Source: Escherichia coli
Lineage (GTDB): Bacteria > Pseudomonadota > Gammaproteobacteria > Enterobacterales > Enterobacteriaceae
Strand: one strand, 5' to 3'
Length of the DNA stretch: 64,000 nt
Assembly: GCF_003334815.1 (NCBI RefSeq)
Contig: NZ_QOWO01000009.1
How positions within the stretch are numbered: position 1 is the stretch's first letter; each line of letters begins with the position of its first letter. Positions 53,128 to 64,000 of the stretch are shown one piece after another. A model generated the notes under the pieces. That model was not told the DNA's origin and did not search any database. It worked only from the letters and a program-made list of their open reading frames with translations. Position numbers and translations under genes: made by a program.

Positions 53128-53924
53128 CAATAAACAAAACTCACAGGTGCAGCACCCGCCGGATGCGGCAAAATACCCATCGGGATGCCATAAATCATTT
53201 CGAGGGTTTCGCCGCGCATAATTTCCGCAGGCGTTCCCTGAGCAATCATTTCACCGCCGCGCAGGGCGACCAGATAATCACAGTAGCGTGCCGCCATATT
53301 GATATCGTGCAACACGGCAATGACCGTCAGGCCACGCTCCTGACTTAAACGGTGCACCAGCGACAGCACATCAACCTGGTGGGCGATATCCAGCGCCGAG
53401 GTCGGTTCGTCGAGCAACAGACAACGGCTATCCTGCGCCACCAGCATGGCGATCCACGCCCGCTGACGTTCGCCGCCAGAGAGACTATCGACCAGCCGAT
53501 GCGCCAGCGGTTTTAAGCCAACCAGCGAGATAGCTTCCTCGACTTTTTCGCGATCTGCCGCCCCAAAGCGCCCCAGCGCGCCATGCCACGGGTAACGACC
53601 AATCGCCACCAGTTCACGCACGGTCATCCCTTCTGCCGGAGGAAGCTGCTGCGGCAAATAAGCCACTTTGCGGGCAAACGCTTTGCTGCTCCAGCTTTCC
53701 AGCGGTTGGGCATCAAGAAGAATCTCCCCTTCCGACGGCGGCTGATGACGGCCAAGCATTTTGAGCAGAGTGGATTTACCAGAACCGTTGTGACCAATCA
53801 GACCGGTCACTTTCCCGGCAGGAAAGGTTAACGACAGCGGATGCAAAAGCGTGCGCCCGGGCACACGAAAGGAGATATTACGCAGTGCAAAAGTGGTATC
53901 GGAATGATTCGTGTATTCCTGCAT
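53127..53924 (-). CDS. fhuC: Ferric hydroxamate ABC transporter ATPase
   Basis: 265 aa from MQEYTNHSDTTFALRNISFRV; Walker A GHNGSGKST; the stop overlaps the fhuD start by 1 nt; the track ORF is extended by 14 codons. Confidence 0.93.
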   Translation of the reverse strand: MQEYTNHSDTTFALRNISFRVPGRTLLHPLSLTFPAGKVTGLIGHNGSGKSTLLKMLGRHQPPSEGEILLDAQPLESWSSKAFARKVAYLPQQLPPAEGMTVRELVAIGRYPWHGALGRFGAADREKVEEAISLVGLKPLAHRLVDSLSGGERQRAWIAMLVAQDSRCLLLDEPTSALDIAHQVDVLSLVHRLSQERGLTVIAVLHDINMAARYCDYLVALRGGEMIAQGTPAEIMRGETLEMIYGIPMGILPHPAGAAPVSFVY

Positions 53925-53974
53925 AACAGCCAACTTGTGAAATGGGCACGGAAATCCGTGCCCCAAAAGAGAAA

Positions 53975-56218
53975 TTAGAAACGGAAGGTTGCGGTTGCAA
54001 CGACCTGACGTTCTGCGCCCCAGAAGCAGCCATAAGTGTTAAAGCAGCTGGCGACGTATTCACGATCGAACAGGTTGTTAACATGCAGCGCCACGTTGGA
54101 GCCAGCCATGCCGACTCGCGCCAGATCATAACGTACTAACGCATCCACGACCGTATAACTTCCCACTTTAAAGGAGTTAGCCGGATCACCATAACTGGAG
54201 CCAGTATAACGACCACCGGTGCCCAGCGTCAGACCTGAAAGCGGACCGTCAAAGAAGGTGTAGTCAGCCCACAACGAAGCCATGTGTTTTGGCACCTGTG
54301 CAGGCGTATTGCCTTTATAGGTAGTATCGGTGGTGTATTCCGCATCGGTGTAAGTATAAGAACCGACTACGTTAACACTCGCCGACAGCGCCGCTTTCGC
54401 TTCGATTTCTACGCCACGTGCGCGGATCTCGCCACCTTCAACCGAGAAGAAGGAACCCTCAGGGTCCGCCATCAGGTTGTTGGTTTTAGTGAGATTATAC
54501 ACGGCACCAGTAACTACAATCGGACGATCTTCCGGTACATATTTCACGCCGACTTCATACTGCTTACCTTTAGACGGTGCGAAAATATTACCATCCTTCC
54601 CAACTTGCGAAGAAGGTTCAAACGATTCGCTATAGCTGAAGTAAGGTGTTACACCATTATCAAACAGGTAGTTAACACCACCACGCCAGGTAAACTGTTT
54701 GTCATCACGTTTATCGGTCGTCCCGGCAACGCGGTTAAGAGATTCTTGATCTGCCCAGTCATAACGACCGCCTAGGGTGACCAGCACTTTATCCCACTGC
54801 GCCTGATCCTGAACATAAACGCCCGTTTGTTTCTGTTTATTCAGAATGCGGTAAGGGCCGGAGTTTGCCGGATCTTTGGCATTGAAGTCGAAATCGGTAT
54901 TCACCGGATTGTACAGATTGAGCAGTGGCACAGAGTCGTCGTAACCAAACCAGGCGTTGATGTCATTACGCATACGCATAAAGTCGACACCGGTCAGCAG
55001 GGTGTGGTCGATATCGCCAGTGGCAAACTTGCTCTGCAACTGGGTATCAACGGAGAAGTTTTGCAGCTTCTCATCATCAACGACGTATTTACGTGCCAGA
55101 TAATGGCCTTTATCCGCTGGCGCTAATGCCGCACACTGTTTGCTGTAAGCATTCGCCGGATCGGAGCAGACGCCGTAACCATAAACGCTGTTTTGCGAGG
55201 TTTTGTTTTCAGCAAAGCGCAGGTTCTGACGCACAGTAAAGGTGTCGTTAAATTCGTGATCGAAGCTGTAGCCGACCATCTTCTCATTACGAGAATAGGT
55301 GTTGTTCTTCGCCCCTTCATTAAAGTCTGTCGGCAGACGCTTACCGTTCGGCAGCGGCTCAACGGTTCCCTCTTTCGGCAACCAGCCGTAATAACCGGTT
55401 TCCGGCTCGTTCTGGAAGTAAGAAAGGAAGGTAAAATTGGTTTTATCATCCGGACGCCAGGTGAACGCCGGTGCAATAGCATAACGCTGCTCTTCTGACC
55501 CTTTCTGCTGGGCATTGGCAGAACGCGCAAGACCGGTCAGGCGATAAGAGTAAACACCGTCATCATCCAACGAATCGCTAAAGTCAAAACCAGTCTGGAA
55601 CAGGCTGTCAGTACCGGCTTTAAACTGAACTTCTTTCAGCGGTTCGGTGGTCGGACGCTTGCTGACCATATTCAACAGGCCGCCAGGACTGCTTTTACCG
55701 TAAAGCACGGAAACCGGGCCACGCATAATTTCAGCGCGTTCCAGCATATACGGGTCAATGACCGCATCGTTATAGAAGTTGCCCTGCAACTTCAGGCCAT
55801 TCAGATAGTTATTCTGGCTTTGGCCTTCTGCCGCAAAGCCGCGAATGATCAGGTGGTCATAGGTGTTGGATGCGCCACGCGTACCAACAGAGACACCCGG
55901 CGTGTAGCTAAGCGCTTCTTTTACCGACTTCGGCTGATGCAGCGCCATCTCTTCGGCGGTCACAACAGAAATAGACTGTGGCACTTTTTGAATCGGCGTA
56001 TCGGTTTTAGTGCCGGTAGCAGACTGTCGCGCCGCAATAGTTGCAGCAGGCCCCCATGCGCTTTCTTGCGGCGCAGGTGCAGCGGTAACGGTGATAGTGT
56101 CTTCTTTCGGTTCAACCGCTGCCTGTGCATAAACAGACATGCCGCTAACCGCTGTGGCTACTACAACTGCGATTTTACGCAGTGAGTGTTTTGGCTGAGC
56201 TGTTTTGGAACGCGCCAT
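53975..56218 (-). CDS. fhuA: TonB-dependent ferrichrome outer-membrane receptor
   Basis: 747 aa; signal peptide, TonB box, C-terminal beta-barrel ending in F. Confidence 0.96.
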   Translation of the reverse strand: MARSKTAQPKHSLRKIAVVVATAVSGMSVYAQAAVEPKEDTITVTAAPAPQESAWGPAATIAARQSATGTKTDTPIQKVPQSISVVTAEEMALHQPKSVKEALSYTPGVSVGTRGASNTYDHLIIRGFAAEGQSQNNYLNGLKLQGNFYNDAVIDPYMLERAEIMRGPVSVLYGKSSPGGLLNMVSKRPTTEPLKEVQFKAGTDSLFQTGFDFSDSLDDDGVYSYRLTGLARSANAQQKGSEEQRYAIAPAFTWRPDDKTNFTFLSYFQNEPETGYYGWLPKEGTVEPLPNGKRLPTDFNEGAKNNTYSRNEKMVGYSFDHEFNDTFTVRQNLRFAENKTSQNSVYGYGVCSDPANAYSKQCAALAPADKGHYLARKYVVDDEKLQNFSVDTQLQSKFATGDIDHTLLTGVDFMRMRNDINAWFGYDDSVPLLNLYNPVNTDFDFNAKDPANSGPYRILNKQKQTGVYVQDQAQWDKVLVTLGGRYDWADQESLNRVAGTTDKRDDKQFTWRGGVNYLFDNGVTPYFSYSESFEPSSQVGKDGNIFAPSKGKQYEVGVKYVPEDRPIVVTGAVYNLTKTNNLMADPEGSFFSVEGGEIRARGVEIEAKAALSASVNVVGSYTYTDAEYTTDTTYKGNTPAQVPKHMASLWADYTFFDGPLSGLTLGTGGRYTGSSYGDPANSFKVGSYTVVDALVRYDLARVGMAGSNVALHVNNLFDREYVASCFNTYGCFWGAERQVVATATFRF

Positions 56219-56249
56219 TGGTATATCTCTGATGTAAAGTGAATGATAA

Positions 56250-56285
56250 CGTAAACGAGAATGATTATTATAAAGATAAGATAAT
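56250..56285 (-). promoter_or_regulatory. Fur-box-like operator overlapping the fhuA promoter
   Basis: Minus strand TTATCTTATCTTTATAATAATCATTCTCGTTTACGTTATCATTC: AT-rich with GATAAT/ATCATT-type hexamers and a TATAAT -10 (plus-strand 56267-56272), about 30-70 nt upstream of fhuA. Confidence 0.55.
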
Positions 56286-56397
56286 ATTCGAAACGCTGGC
56301 GGGTTCGCAAGCGGTACGCAATCTGAGCGTTCCTGAAGGGTTAATAAACAACCAGATGAAAAGAAAGGGTTAATATCTTAGATGGGATGTTATTTTA

Positions 56398-56420
56398 CCG
56401 GATGGCAACTCGCCATCCGG
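56398..56420 (-). terminator. Hairpin downstream of mrcB (weak terminator candidate)
   Basis: CCGGATGGC-AACTC-GCCATCCGG located 18 nt past the mrcB stop; the flanking T-run is weak. Confidence 0.35.
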
Positions 56421-56437
56421 TATTTCACGCTTAGATG

Positions 56438-58972
56438 TTAATTACTACCAAACATATCCTTGATCCAACCGGCTACACCGTCGCTGTCTTTCTGCTCTTG
56501 CTGAGCAGGTTGCTGTTGCGGCTGTTGCTGCGGCTGAGAAGACTGATCAAACGGATTGCCTGACGGCTGCTGCTGCATCTCGCTCTGCTGGCACAGCGAT
56601 TGCGGATCGCTGGTCCAGACCGGCAAGATACGCATGCCACCGCTGCAAACAAAGTTGCCGTCGTAGTCCACGCCCATATCTGCAATATCTTCTGGCGGAA
56701 CAAGATTCAGCGGCGTTGGCGTCTGGTTAGCCAGATAACGCTGATAAATCGACATTGCCCCGCTGGCACCATACAGTTTGGTCGGCTGGTTGTTATCACG
56801 GCCGACCCAGGTGATGGTCACCGTGCTGCCGTCAATGCCCGCAAACCAGGTATCTACGTTATTGTTGGTAGTCCCTGTTTTCCCTGCCAGATGCAGGTTC
56901 GGGTATTTCGCCCCAAGCTGACGACCCGTACCGCGTTGTACCACCTGCTGCATGGTCCATAGTGTCAGATACGCCGCCTGCGCCGGAACAGCGCGTTCCG
57001 CCTGCGGGAAGCTCTGATACAGCACTTTGCCATCTTCCGCGATTACCGAACGCAGCGCAGAAAGCGGTGCACGGTTACCACCGCTGGCGATGGTCTGGAA
57101 TGCCTGCGCCACTTCGATTGGCGTTAAGTTCAACGCCCCCAGCAGCATTGCCGGAACCGGATGCAACTGATCTTTCGGTACGCCCAGTTTAATCCAGGTC
57201 TCCGTAACCGCAGGCAGCCCCAGCGCCATCCCCAGATTTACCGTCGGCACGTTCATCGAACGGGTCAACGCATCCACCAGCATCACTCTGCCGCTTTCGC
57301 TATAACGACGGTCATCATTCTGCGGTGACCAGACCTGGCCATTCGGCTGACGCAGCGCAATTGGCGCATCCGCAATCCACGTATTCAGACGATAGATTTT
57401 CGGCTGGCTTAAGGCCGTCAGATAAGTCGCTGGTTTTGCAAGGGAACCAATCGAACGACGCGCCTGCATCGCACGGTTGTAGCCCGCAAATTGCGGCTCA
57501 GAACCTCCGACCATCGCACGAACTTCACCACTAAAGCGGTCGACGACCACAATCGCAGTTTCAAGATCGCTCAACTTACGCTGTTTCTTCAGTGCCGGAA
57601 TGCCTTCCACGGCGGCTTTTTCTGCCGCGTCCTGGGCCACCGAGTCAAAGGTAGTGAAGATCTTCACGCCGGAGAGATCTTTTACCTTATCGCCCAGTTT
57701 TGCCTGCAGCTCCTGACGCACCAGTTGCATAAAGGCTGGCTGAGGAGAGATCACCCCACCGCGCGGCTGAACCCCCAGCGGACGGGCACTCAACATGTCA
57801 TAGAGTTCTTGATCAATAATCTGTTGCTGTTGCAGCAGACGCAGCACCAGATTACGTCGCTCCAGCGCCAGTTTTGGGTTACGCCACGGGTTGTAGATGG
57901 ACGCCCCTTTCACCATACCGACTAACAGCGCCTGCTGGTCGAGGCTTAGCTCTTCTACCGGGCGACCAAAGTAATACAAGCTTGCCAGCGGGAAGCCGCG
58001 GATTTCGTTGTCGCCGCTCTGACCGAGATACACCTCGTTCATATACAGCTCAAGAATACGGTCTTTGCTGTAACGCGCGTCCATGATCAGCGCCATGTAA
58101 GCTTCGTTCGCTTTACGCCAGTAAGAACGCTCGCTGGAGAGGAACAGGTTTTTCACCAGCTGTTGCGTCAGCGTACTCGCACCCTGTACCGTGCGTCCGG
58201 CGGTCAGGTTTGCCAGCACCGCACGTCCGATTGAGTAGAGACTGATTCCATCATGCTCGTAAAAATGACGGTCTTCTGTCGCCAGCAAAGTATCCACCAG
58301 CAAATCCGGGAAACCACTGCGCGGCACAAACAGACGCTGCTCACCGTTTGGCGAAGAGATCATGGTGATCAGACGCGGATCAAGACGGAAGAAACCGAAC
58401 TGACGGTTGTTCTCCATATTGACGATCGTCGCCAGATGATCGCCATCAAAGGTCAGACGCGCGCGCACCTGTCCTTCTTTACTGTCCGGGAAATCAAACG
58501 GACGGCGAATCATCTCAATGCTGTTGGCCTGCACGGTAAATTCGCCAGGACGGGTCATTTTCGACACCTGACGATACTGGGTCGCCTCCAGCAGCTTCAC
58601 CATCTCGTTCTTGCTGATGGTCATGTCTGGCTCAAGATTGACCATTCGGCCATAAACTGCCGCAGGCAGTTGCCAGACCTTGCCATCAATACGGCTACGA
58701 ATTTTTTGATCGAGATAAACGCCGTAAATGGCGATCAGCACGGCAAAAACGATAGCCAGTTTTAGCAGTAGCCATAGCCAGCCGCGTTTGCCACGAGGCT
58801 TACGCCCTTTGCCTTTGCCCTTACCTTTGCGCGGCATCGGTTCTTCATCCTCATAGTCATCATAATCGTCGTAATCATCGTCATCTTCGTAACGACGACG
58901 GCTTACCTTTTGTTTGACCGGACGCGTCGGTTTCCCTTTGCGTCCAATTGGCTCGCGGTCATTCCCGGCCAT
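56438..58972 (-). CDS. mrcB: Penicillin-binding protein 1B (bifunctional glycosyltransferase/transpeptidase)
   Basis: 844 aa from [18 protein letters not shown]; acidic DDYDDYED stretch, transmembrane anchor, C-terminal Q/P-rich tail; the track ORF is extended by 5 codons. Confidence 0.95.
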   Translation of the reverse strand: MAGNDREPIGRKGKPTRPVKQKVSRRRYEDDDDYDDYDDYEDEEPMPRKGKGKGKGRKPRGKRGWLWLLLKLAIVFAVLIAIYGVYLDQKIRSRIDGKVWQLPAAVYGRMVNLEPDMTISKNEMVKLLEATQYRQVSKMTRPGEFTVQANSIEMIRRPFDFPDSKEGQVRARLTFDGDHLATIVNMENNRQFGFFRLDPRLITMISSPNGEQRLFVPRSGFPDLLVDTLLATEDRHFYEHDGISLYSIGRAVLANLTAGRTVQGASTLTQQLVKNLFLSSERSYWRKANEAYMALIMDARYSKDRILELYMNEVYLGQSGDNEIRGFPLASLYYFGRPVEELSLDQQALLVGMVKGASIYNPWRNPKLALERRNLVLRLLQQQQIIDQELYDMLSARPLGVQPRGGVISPQPAFMQLVRQELQAKLGDKVKDLSGVKIFTTFDSVAQDAAEKAAVEGIPALKKQRKLSDLETAIVVVDRFSGEVRAMVGGSEPQFAGYNRAMQARRSIGSLAKPATYLTALSQPKIYRLNTWIADAPIALRQPNGQVWSPQNDDRRYSESGRVMLVDALTRSMNVPTVNLGMALGLPAVTETWIKLGVPKDQLHPVPAMLLGALNLTPIEVAQAFQTIASGGNRAPLSALRSVIAEDGKVLYQSFPQAERAVPAQAAYLTLWTMQQVVQRGTGRQLGAKYPNLHLAGKTGTTNNNVDTWFAGIDGSTVTITWVGRDNNQPTKLYGASGAMSIYQRYLANQTPTPLNLVPPEDIADMGVDYDGNFVCSGGMRILPVWTSDPQSLCQQSEMQQQPSGNPFDQSSQPQQQPQQQPAQQEQKDSDGVAGWIKDMFGSN

Positions 58973-59070
58973 GCTTTTTCTCCGCAATATTCAGGCGCAA
59001 AAGCCCGATTTTCTGTTCTTCTGTTACAAGACAGAAGAAGATATCTCTCAAAATTTGTGCTCGATCGGTC

Positions 59071-59155
59071 CCCTCTCCCTTGAGGGAGAGGGTTAGGGTG
59101 AGGGTGAACGTGCGCGCTGATGCCCTCACCCCGGCCCTCTCCCACAGGGAGAGGG
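59071..59155. repeat. GC-rich triple-hairpin palindromic repeat in the hrpB-mrcB spacer
   Basis: Three consecutive inverted repeats with related arms: CCCTCTCCC-TTGA-GGGAGAGGG (59071-59092), GGGTGAGGG-(18 nt)-CCCTCACCC (59096-59131), CCCTCTCCC-ACA-GGGAGAGGG (59135-59155). It resembles E. coli intergenic repeat families; the exact family was not determined. Confidence 0.7.
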
Positions 59156-59167
59156 AGAAAACCAACC

Positions 59168-61597
59168 TTACGAATACTTTTTCGTCCGTCGCGTCGGTGC
59201 AGTATTTGCCGGGTCGTCCGGCCAGACATGTTTGGGATAACGCCCTTTCATCTCTTTTTGCACCTCACGGTACGCTCCTTTCCAGAAGGCGCTCAAATCT
59301 CGTGTGATTTGTAATGGCCTTTGGGCAGGTGAAAGCAACTCCAGCACCAGCGGCACGCGCCCCTGGGCGATCGTCGGATTGGTGGCCTCGCCAAACATCT
59401 CTTGCATTCTCACCGCCAGCGCGGGCGGGTTATCTTCATGATAACGAATGGCGATCCGGCTTCCCGTCGGCACAGTGTAATGCGCAGGCAATTCACTATC
59501 CAGACGTTGCTGCATTCCCCAATCAAGTAATCCGCGTAGTGCCTGATAAATGTCGAGTGATTTCAGGCCGCGTAGTGAATGTACGCCAGTCATATGTGGC
59601 AGCAGCCACGTTTCCAGCGCTGCCAATAAACTTTCATCATCAACCGCTGGCCAGTCATATTCCGGCAACCACTTTGCGGCGCATAACAAACGCAAGCGTA
59701 GCTGTTCCGCTTCCGCCGTCCAGTTGAGCACGCTTAAACCTTTATCACGGATGCCATTAAGCATCGCCTGATGCAACTCGTCTTCTGACGGTTTCGCCAG
59801 CGGCTGCACTTTCACCGTCAACTGACCGATTTGTAGCCGACGCCAGGCTTTCAGCGTACCTTGCGCGTCATCCCACTCCACAGTGTCAGACTGCTGTACC
59901 AGCTGCGGGCAGCGTTGTACTAACTCATCAATATCGACCAGCAGCGCCAGTAAAATCCGCGCATCCGGCGAGGCGCTGCCCTGCAATAATAACGGTGCGA
60001 TCAACCATTCGTGGCGGCTTAGCGCGTCGTTGGCATCGAGCATCGCTCCCATGCCGTTTGCCAGTTGATAGCGTCCATCTTGCCCACGGCGACGAGCAAT
60101 GCGATCGGCAAACGCCCCGGCAAGTAGCGGCGCGATAAGCGAACTGTCTGCCTCACCGCCACGTACGTTTAAGCGTTTTAACAGTTGCTGACTACGTTGC
60201 TGCCAGGCTGGTTGATTGCGCGAAAACGCCACGCCCAGGTCACTATTGCCCATCCGTGGCGGCTCTTCGAGAATGGCGGCAATTTTTGCCGCGGTAGCAG
60301 CTTCGTCGTCGTTCTTCGCGCTAACCAGCATTGCCGCTAAACGCGGATCGTTACCCAGCGCTGCCATTTTTTGCCCTTGCGCACTAAGCCGTTCACCCTC
60401 CAGTGCCCCCAGCATTTGTAACAGACGTTTCGCGGCCAGTAGATTCACTACTGGCGGTTGATCCAGCCAGCTCATCTGCGCCGGATCGCTGCATCCCCAT
60501 TGCAGTAATTCCATCAGCAAACCGGAAAGATCGCTTTGTAAGATCTCCGGTTCACTTTGCGCCGCGGCGCGTTCTGCTTGTTCTTTGGCGATTAAATGCA
60601 GGCTGATACCCGGCTCCAGACGCCCGGCGCGCCCGGCACGCTGCGTCATGGATGCCTGGCTAACGCGTTGAGTAATCAGTCGCGTAAGCCCCGTGCGCGG
60701 ATCAAAACGCGCCACACGCTCCTGGGCACAATCCACCACCAGACGAATACCTTCAATGGTTAAACTGGTTTCAGCAATATTGGTCGCCAGCACCACTTTG
60801 CGCATCCCTTGCGGTGCCGGGAGGATCGCTTTTCGCTGATCGTTCAGCGACAACGCGCCATACAGCGGGCAGAGCAATACATCACTGCCGATGCGCGAAG
60901 CCAGTTGTTCCTGCACACGCTGAATTTCTCCGACGCCAGGTAAAAATAACAGTAATGATCCGCTTTCCTGACGCAGCATTTCAGCGGTGGCTACCGCAAC
61001 GGCATCGTCAAAACGCTGATGCGCGGGCAGCGGTAAATAACGGCGTTCAACCGGAAACGAGCGCCCTTCTGAGATGACGACAGGCGCTTCTGGCAGCATT
61101 TGCTGCAAGCGGTCGTTGTCCAGGGTAGCCGACATAATCAGCAGTTTAAGGTCATCACGCAGACCTTGTTGCACATCGAGTAACAGCGCCAACGCCAAAT
61201 CCGCCTGCAAGCTGCGCTCATGAAATTCATCAAGGATCACCAGTCCAACACCGCTCAGTTCCGGGTCACGCTGGATCATGCGCGTCAGCACGCCTTCGGT
61301 AACCACTTCCAGGCGGGTATTCGGCCCGACGCAGTTTTGCGCACGCATCCGGTAGCCAACGGTATCGCCTGGCTTTTCGTTAAGCAGCTCCGCCAGCCGT
61401 TGCGCGACGTTACGCGCCGCCAGACGACGCGGCTCCAGCAGGATAATTTTCCCGTTAATGCCGGGATGCGCCAGCAGTTGCAGCGGCAGCCAGGTTGATT
61501 TCCCGGCCCCGGTCGGCGCACTTAATAATACCTGCGGCGCACAATCGAGAGCGGTAAGTAATTCAGGTAAGACGGCAGCAACGGGCAACGACGACAC
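59168..61597 (-). CDS. hrpB: ATP-dependent DEAH-box RNA helicase HrpB
   Basis: About 809 aa if translation starts at the GTG at 61597 (…SSLPVAAVLPELLTALD); the track ORF is 15 codons longer; Walker A GAGKST and DEFH motifs are present. Confidence 0.88.
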   Translation of the reverse strand: MSSLPVAAVLPELLTALDCAPQVLLSAPTGAGKSTWLPLQLLAHPGINGKIILLEPRRLAARNVAQRLAELLNEKPGDTVGYRMRAQNCVGPNTRLEVVTEGVLTRMIQRDPELSGVGLVILDEFHERSLQADLALALLLDVQQGLRDDLKLLIMSATLDNDRLQQMLPEAPVVISEGRSFPVERRYLPLPAHQRFDDAVAVATAEMLRQESGSLLLFLPGVGEIQRVQEQLASRIGSDVLLCPLYGALSLNDQRKAILPAPQGMRKVVLATNIAETSLTIEGIRLVVDCAQERVARFDPRTGLTRLITQRVSQASMTQRAGRAGRLEPGISLHLIAKEQAERAAAQSEPEILQSDLSGLLMELLQWGCSDPAQMSWLDQPPVVNLLAAKRLLQMLGALEGERLSAQGQKMAALGNDPRLAAMLVSAKNDDEAATAAKIAAILEEPPRMGNSDLGVAFSRNQPAWQQRSQQLLKRLNVRGGEADSSLIAPLLAGAFADRIARRRGQDGRYQLANGMGAMLDANDALSRHEWLIAPLLLQGSASPDARILLALLVDIDELVQRCPQLVQQSDTVEWDDAQGTLKAWRRLQIGQLTVKVQPLAKPSEDELHQAMLNGIRDKGLSVLNWTAEAEQLRLRLLCAAKWLPEYDWPAVDDESLLAALETWLLPHMTGVHSLRGLKSLDIYQALRGLLDWGMQQRLDSELPAHYTVPTGSRIAIRYHEDNPPALAVRMQEMFGEATNPTIAQGRVPLVLELLSPAQRPLQITRDLSAFWKGAYREVQKEMKGRYPKHVWPDDPANTAPTRRTKKYS

Positions 61598-61670
61598 AAA
61601 ACGCTCCAGAGGGTTAACATTCTTCGCGCCACATTGTAGCATCGCGGTAATTCATAACCGAGTGCCTCAC

Positions 61671-62920
<1,250 letters not shown>

Positions 62921-63097
62921 TAAAGTAAGTAACTGGTTAATTTACATTCTGGTCGCGTGCGCAAATACGCTTTTCCTCACACAGTTGTCAAGTGTTACGT
63001 TTAGATAATTGCTATCCGGAAAAGCATCTGCTATTTATAGCGGCCTCATTTTTCCCCCGAACATGGGGATCGATAGTGCGTGTTAAGGAGAAGCAAC

Positions 63098-63553
63098 ATG
63101 CAAGAAGGGCAAAACCGTAAAACATCGTCCCTGAGTATTCTCGCCATCGCTGGGGTGGAACCATATCAGGAGAAGCCGGGCGAAGAGTATATGAATGAAG
63201 CCCAGCTGGCGCACTTCCGTCGTATTCTGGAAGCATGGCGTAATCAACTCAGGGATGAAGTCGATCGCACCGTTACACATATGCAGGATGAAGCAGCCAA
63301 CTTCCCGGACCCGGTAGACCGTGCAGCCCAGGAAGAAGAGTTCAGCCTCGAACTGCGTAACCGCGATCGCGAGCGTAAGCTGATCAAAAAGATCGAGAAG
63401 ACGCTGAAAAAAGTGGAAGACGAAGATTTCGGCTACTGTGAATCCTGCGGTGTTGAAATTGGTATTCGCCGTCTGGAAGCGCGCCCGACAGCCGATCTGT
63501 GCATCGACTGCAAAACGCTGGCTGAAATTCGCGAAAAACAGATGGCTGGCTAA
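63098..63553 (+). CDS. dksA: RNA polymerase-binding transcription factor DksA
   Basis: 151 aa from [19 protein letters not shown]; C4 zinc finger CESCGVEI…CIDC; the track ORF is extended by 6 codons. Confidence 0.95.
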   Translation: MQEGQNRKTSSLSILAIAGVEPYQEKPGEEYMNEAQLAHFRRILEAWRNQLRDEVDRTVTHMQDEAANFPDPVDRAAQEEEFSLELRNRDRERKLIKKIEKTLKKVEDEDFGYCESCGVEIGIRRLEARPTADLCIDCKTLAEIREKQMAG

Positions 63554-63581
63554 TTACAGCCGTTCCATCACGTTTACCACA

Positions 63582-63609
63582 GGCGGGAAATGCTCCCGCC
63601 TTATTTTTT
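63582..63609 (+). terminator. Intrinsic terminator downstream of dksA, 10 nt before the gluQ start
   Basis: GGCGGGA-AATGC-TCCCGCC followed by TTATTTTTTG. Confidence 0.65.
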
Positions 63610-63619
63610 GTTCAAAGAG

Positions 63620-64000
63620 ATGACAGACACACAGTATATTGGCCGCTTCGCCCCCTCTCCTTCCGGCGAGCTTCATTTTGGCTCTCTGATCGCCGCGCTC
63701 GGCAGCTATTTGCAGGCTCGCGCCCGGCAAGGTCGCTGGCTGGTACGCATAGAAGATATCGACCCGCCTCGTGAAGTTCCCGGTGCCGCAGAAACTATCC
63801 TGCGCCAGCTGGAACATTACGGTCTGCACTGGGACGGCGATGTTCTCTGGCAATCGCAACGTCACGACGCCTATCGTGAAGCACTCGCCTGGTTACATGA
63901 ACAAGGACTAAGTTATTACTGCACCTGTACGCGTGCGCGTATTCAAAGCATTGGCGGTATTTACGACGGTCATTGCCGGGTGTTGCATCATGGACCAGAC
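63620..64000 (+). CDS. gluQ: Glutamyl-queuosine tRNA(Asp) synthetase, 5' part only (truncated by the window end)
   Basis: ORF beginning [23 protein letters not shown] (class I aaRS HIGH-like motif); it runs off the end of the window; the overlapping track ORF on the other strand is a shadow. Confidence 0.85.
   Translation, partial: MTDTQYIGRFAPSPSGELHFGSLIAALGSYLQARARQGRWLVRIEDIDPPREVPGAAETILRQLEHYGLHWDGDVLWQSQRHDAYREALAWLHEQGLSYYCTCTRARIQSIGGIYDGHCRVLHHGPD

Noticed and set aside
58903-59307. ORFs on both strands (108, 119, 68 and 64 aa) crossing the hrpB-mrcB spacer
   Set aside because: Their low-complexity segments (GEGRGEG, TLTLTLSLKGEG, RERVRVRVNVR) are translations of the GC-rich palindromic repeat; they overlap real gene ends and have no plausible start context.
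61458-61670. N-terminal 71 codons of the track's 247 aa thpR ORF
   Set aside because: This part lies inside the hrpB coding region on the opposite strand; 2H-phosphoesterase homology begins only at the ATG at 61671.
63554-63865. 103 aa minus-strand ORF at the right end
   Set aside because: Antisense to the gluQ 5' region, whose plus-strand N-terminus is recognisable as GluQ; shadow ORF.

Overview
This window reads as an ordinary, densely packed stretch of Escherichia coli K-12-type core chromosome, presented in reverse-complement relative to the conventional map. I found no sign of a novel or accessory system: no transposase or integrase ORFs, no CRISPR array, no tRNA or rRNA genes, no disrupted genes and no unexplained gap longer than about 370 bp. 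Gene order runs from the rrnH promoter region and gmhB at the left edge through metNIQ, rcsF, tsaA, proS, yaeF, nlpE, arfB, yaeQ, yaeP, rof, tilS, yaeR, ldcC, accA, dnaE, rnhB, lpxB, lpxA, fabZ, lpxD, skp, bamA, rseP, cdsA, uppS, dxr, frr, pyrH, tsf, rpsB, map, glnD, dapD, yaeI, yaeH, cdaR, degP, dgt, mtn, btuF, yadS, erpA, clcA, hemL, fhuBDCA, mrcB, hrpB, thpR, sfsA and dksA to the 5' part of gluQ at the right edge. Gene identities rest on reading the translated N-termini and on the order and lengths matching what I remember of K-12; no alignment or database search was run, so nucleotide-level identity is unverified. Many ORFs in the supplied track are over-extended at the N-terminus because the track takes the most upstream start, including TTG and GTG; I give the starts I consider correct. 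Non-coding features I can support from the sequence are tandem rRNA-type promoters plus boxA at the left edge (minus strand), MetJ boxes ahead of metN, a sigma-E-type promoter ahead of degP, a Fur-box-like tract ahead of fhuA, the rpsB promoter and leader (tff region), three REP/BIME clusters at convergent gene junctions, a GC-rich triple-hairpin repeat between hrpB and mrcB, and several intrinsic-terminator-like hairpins. The findings below are modest second-look items, not claims of novelty.
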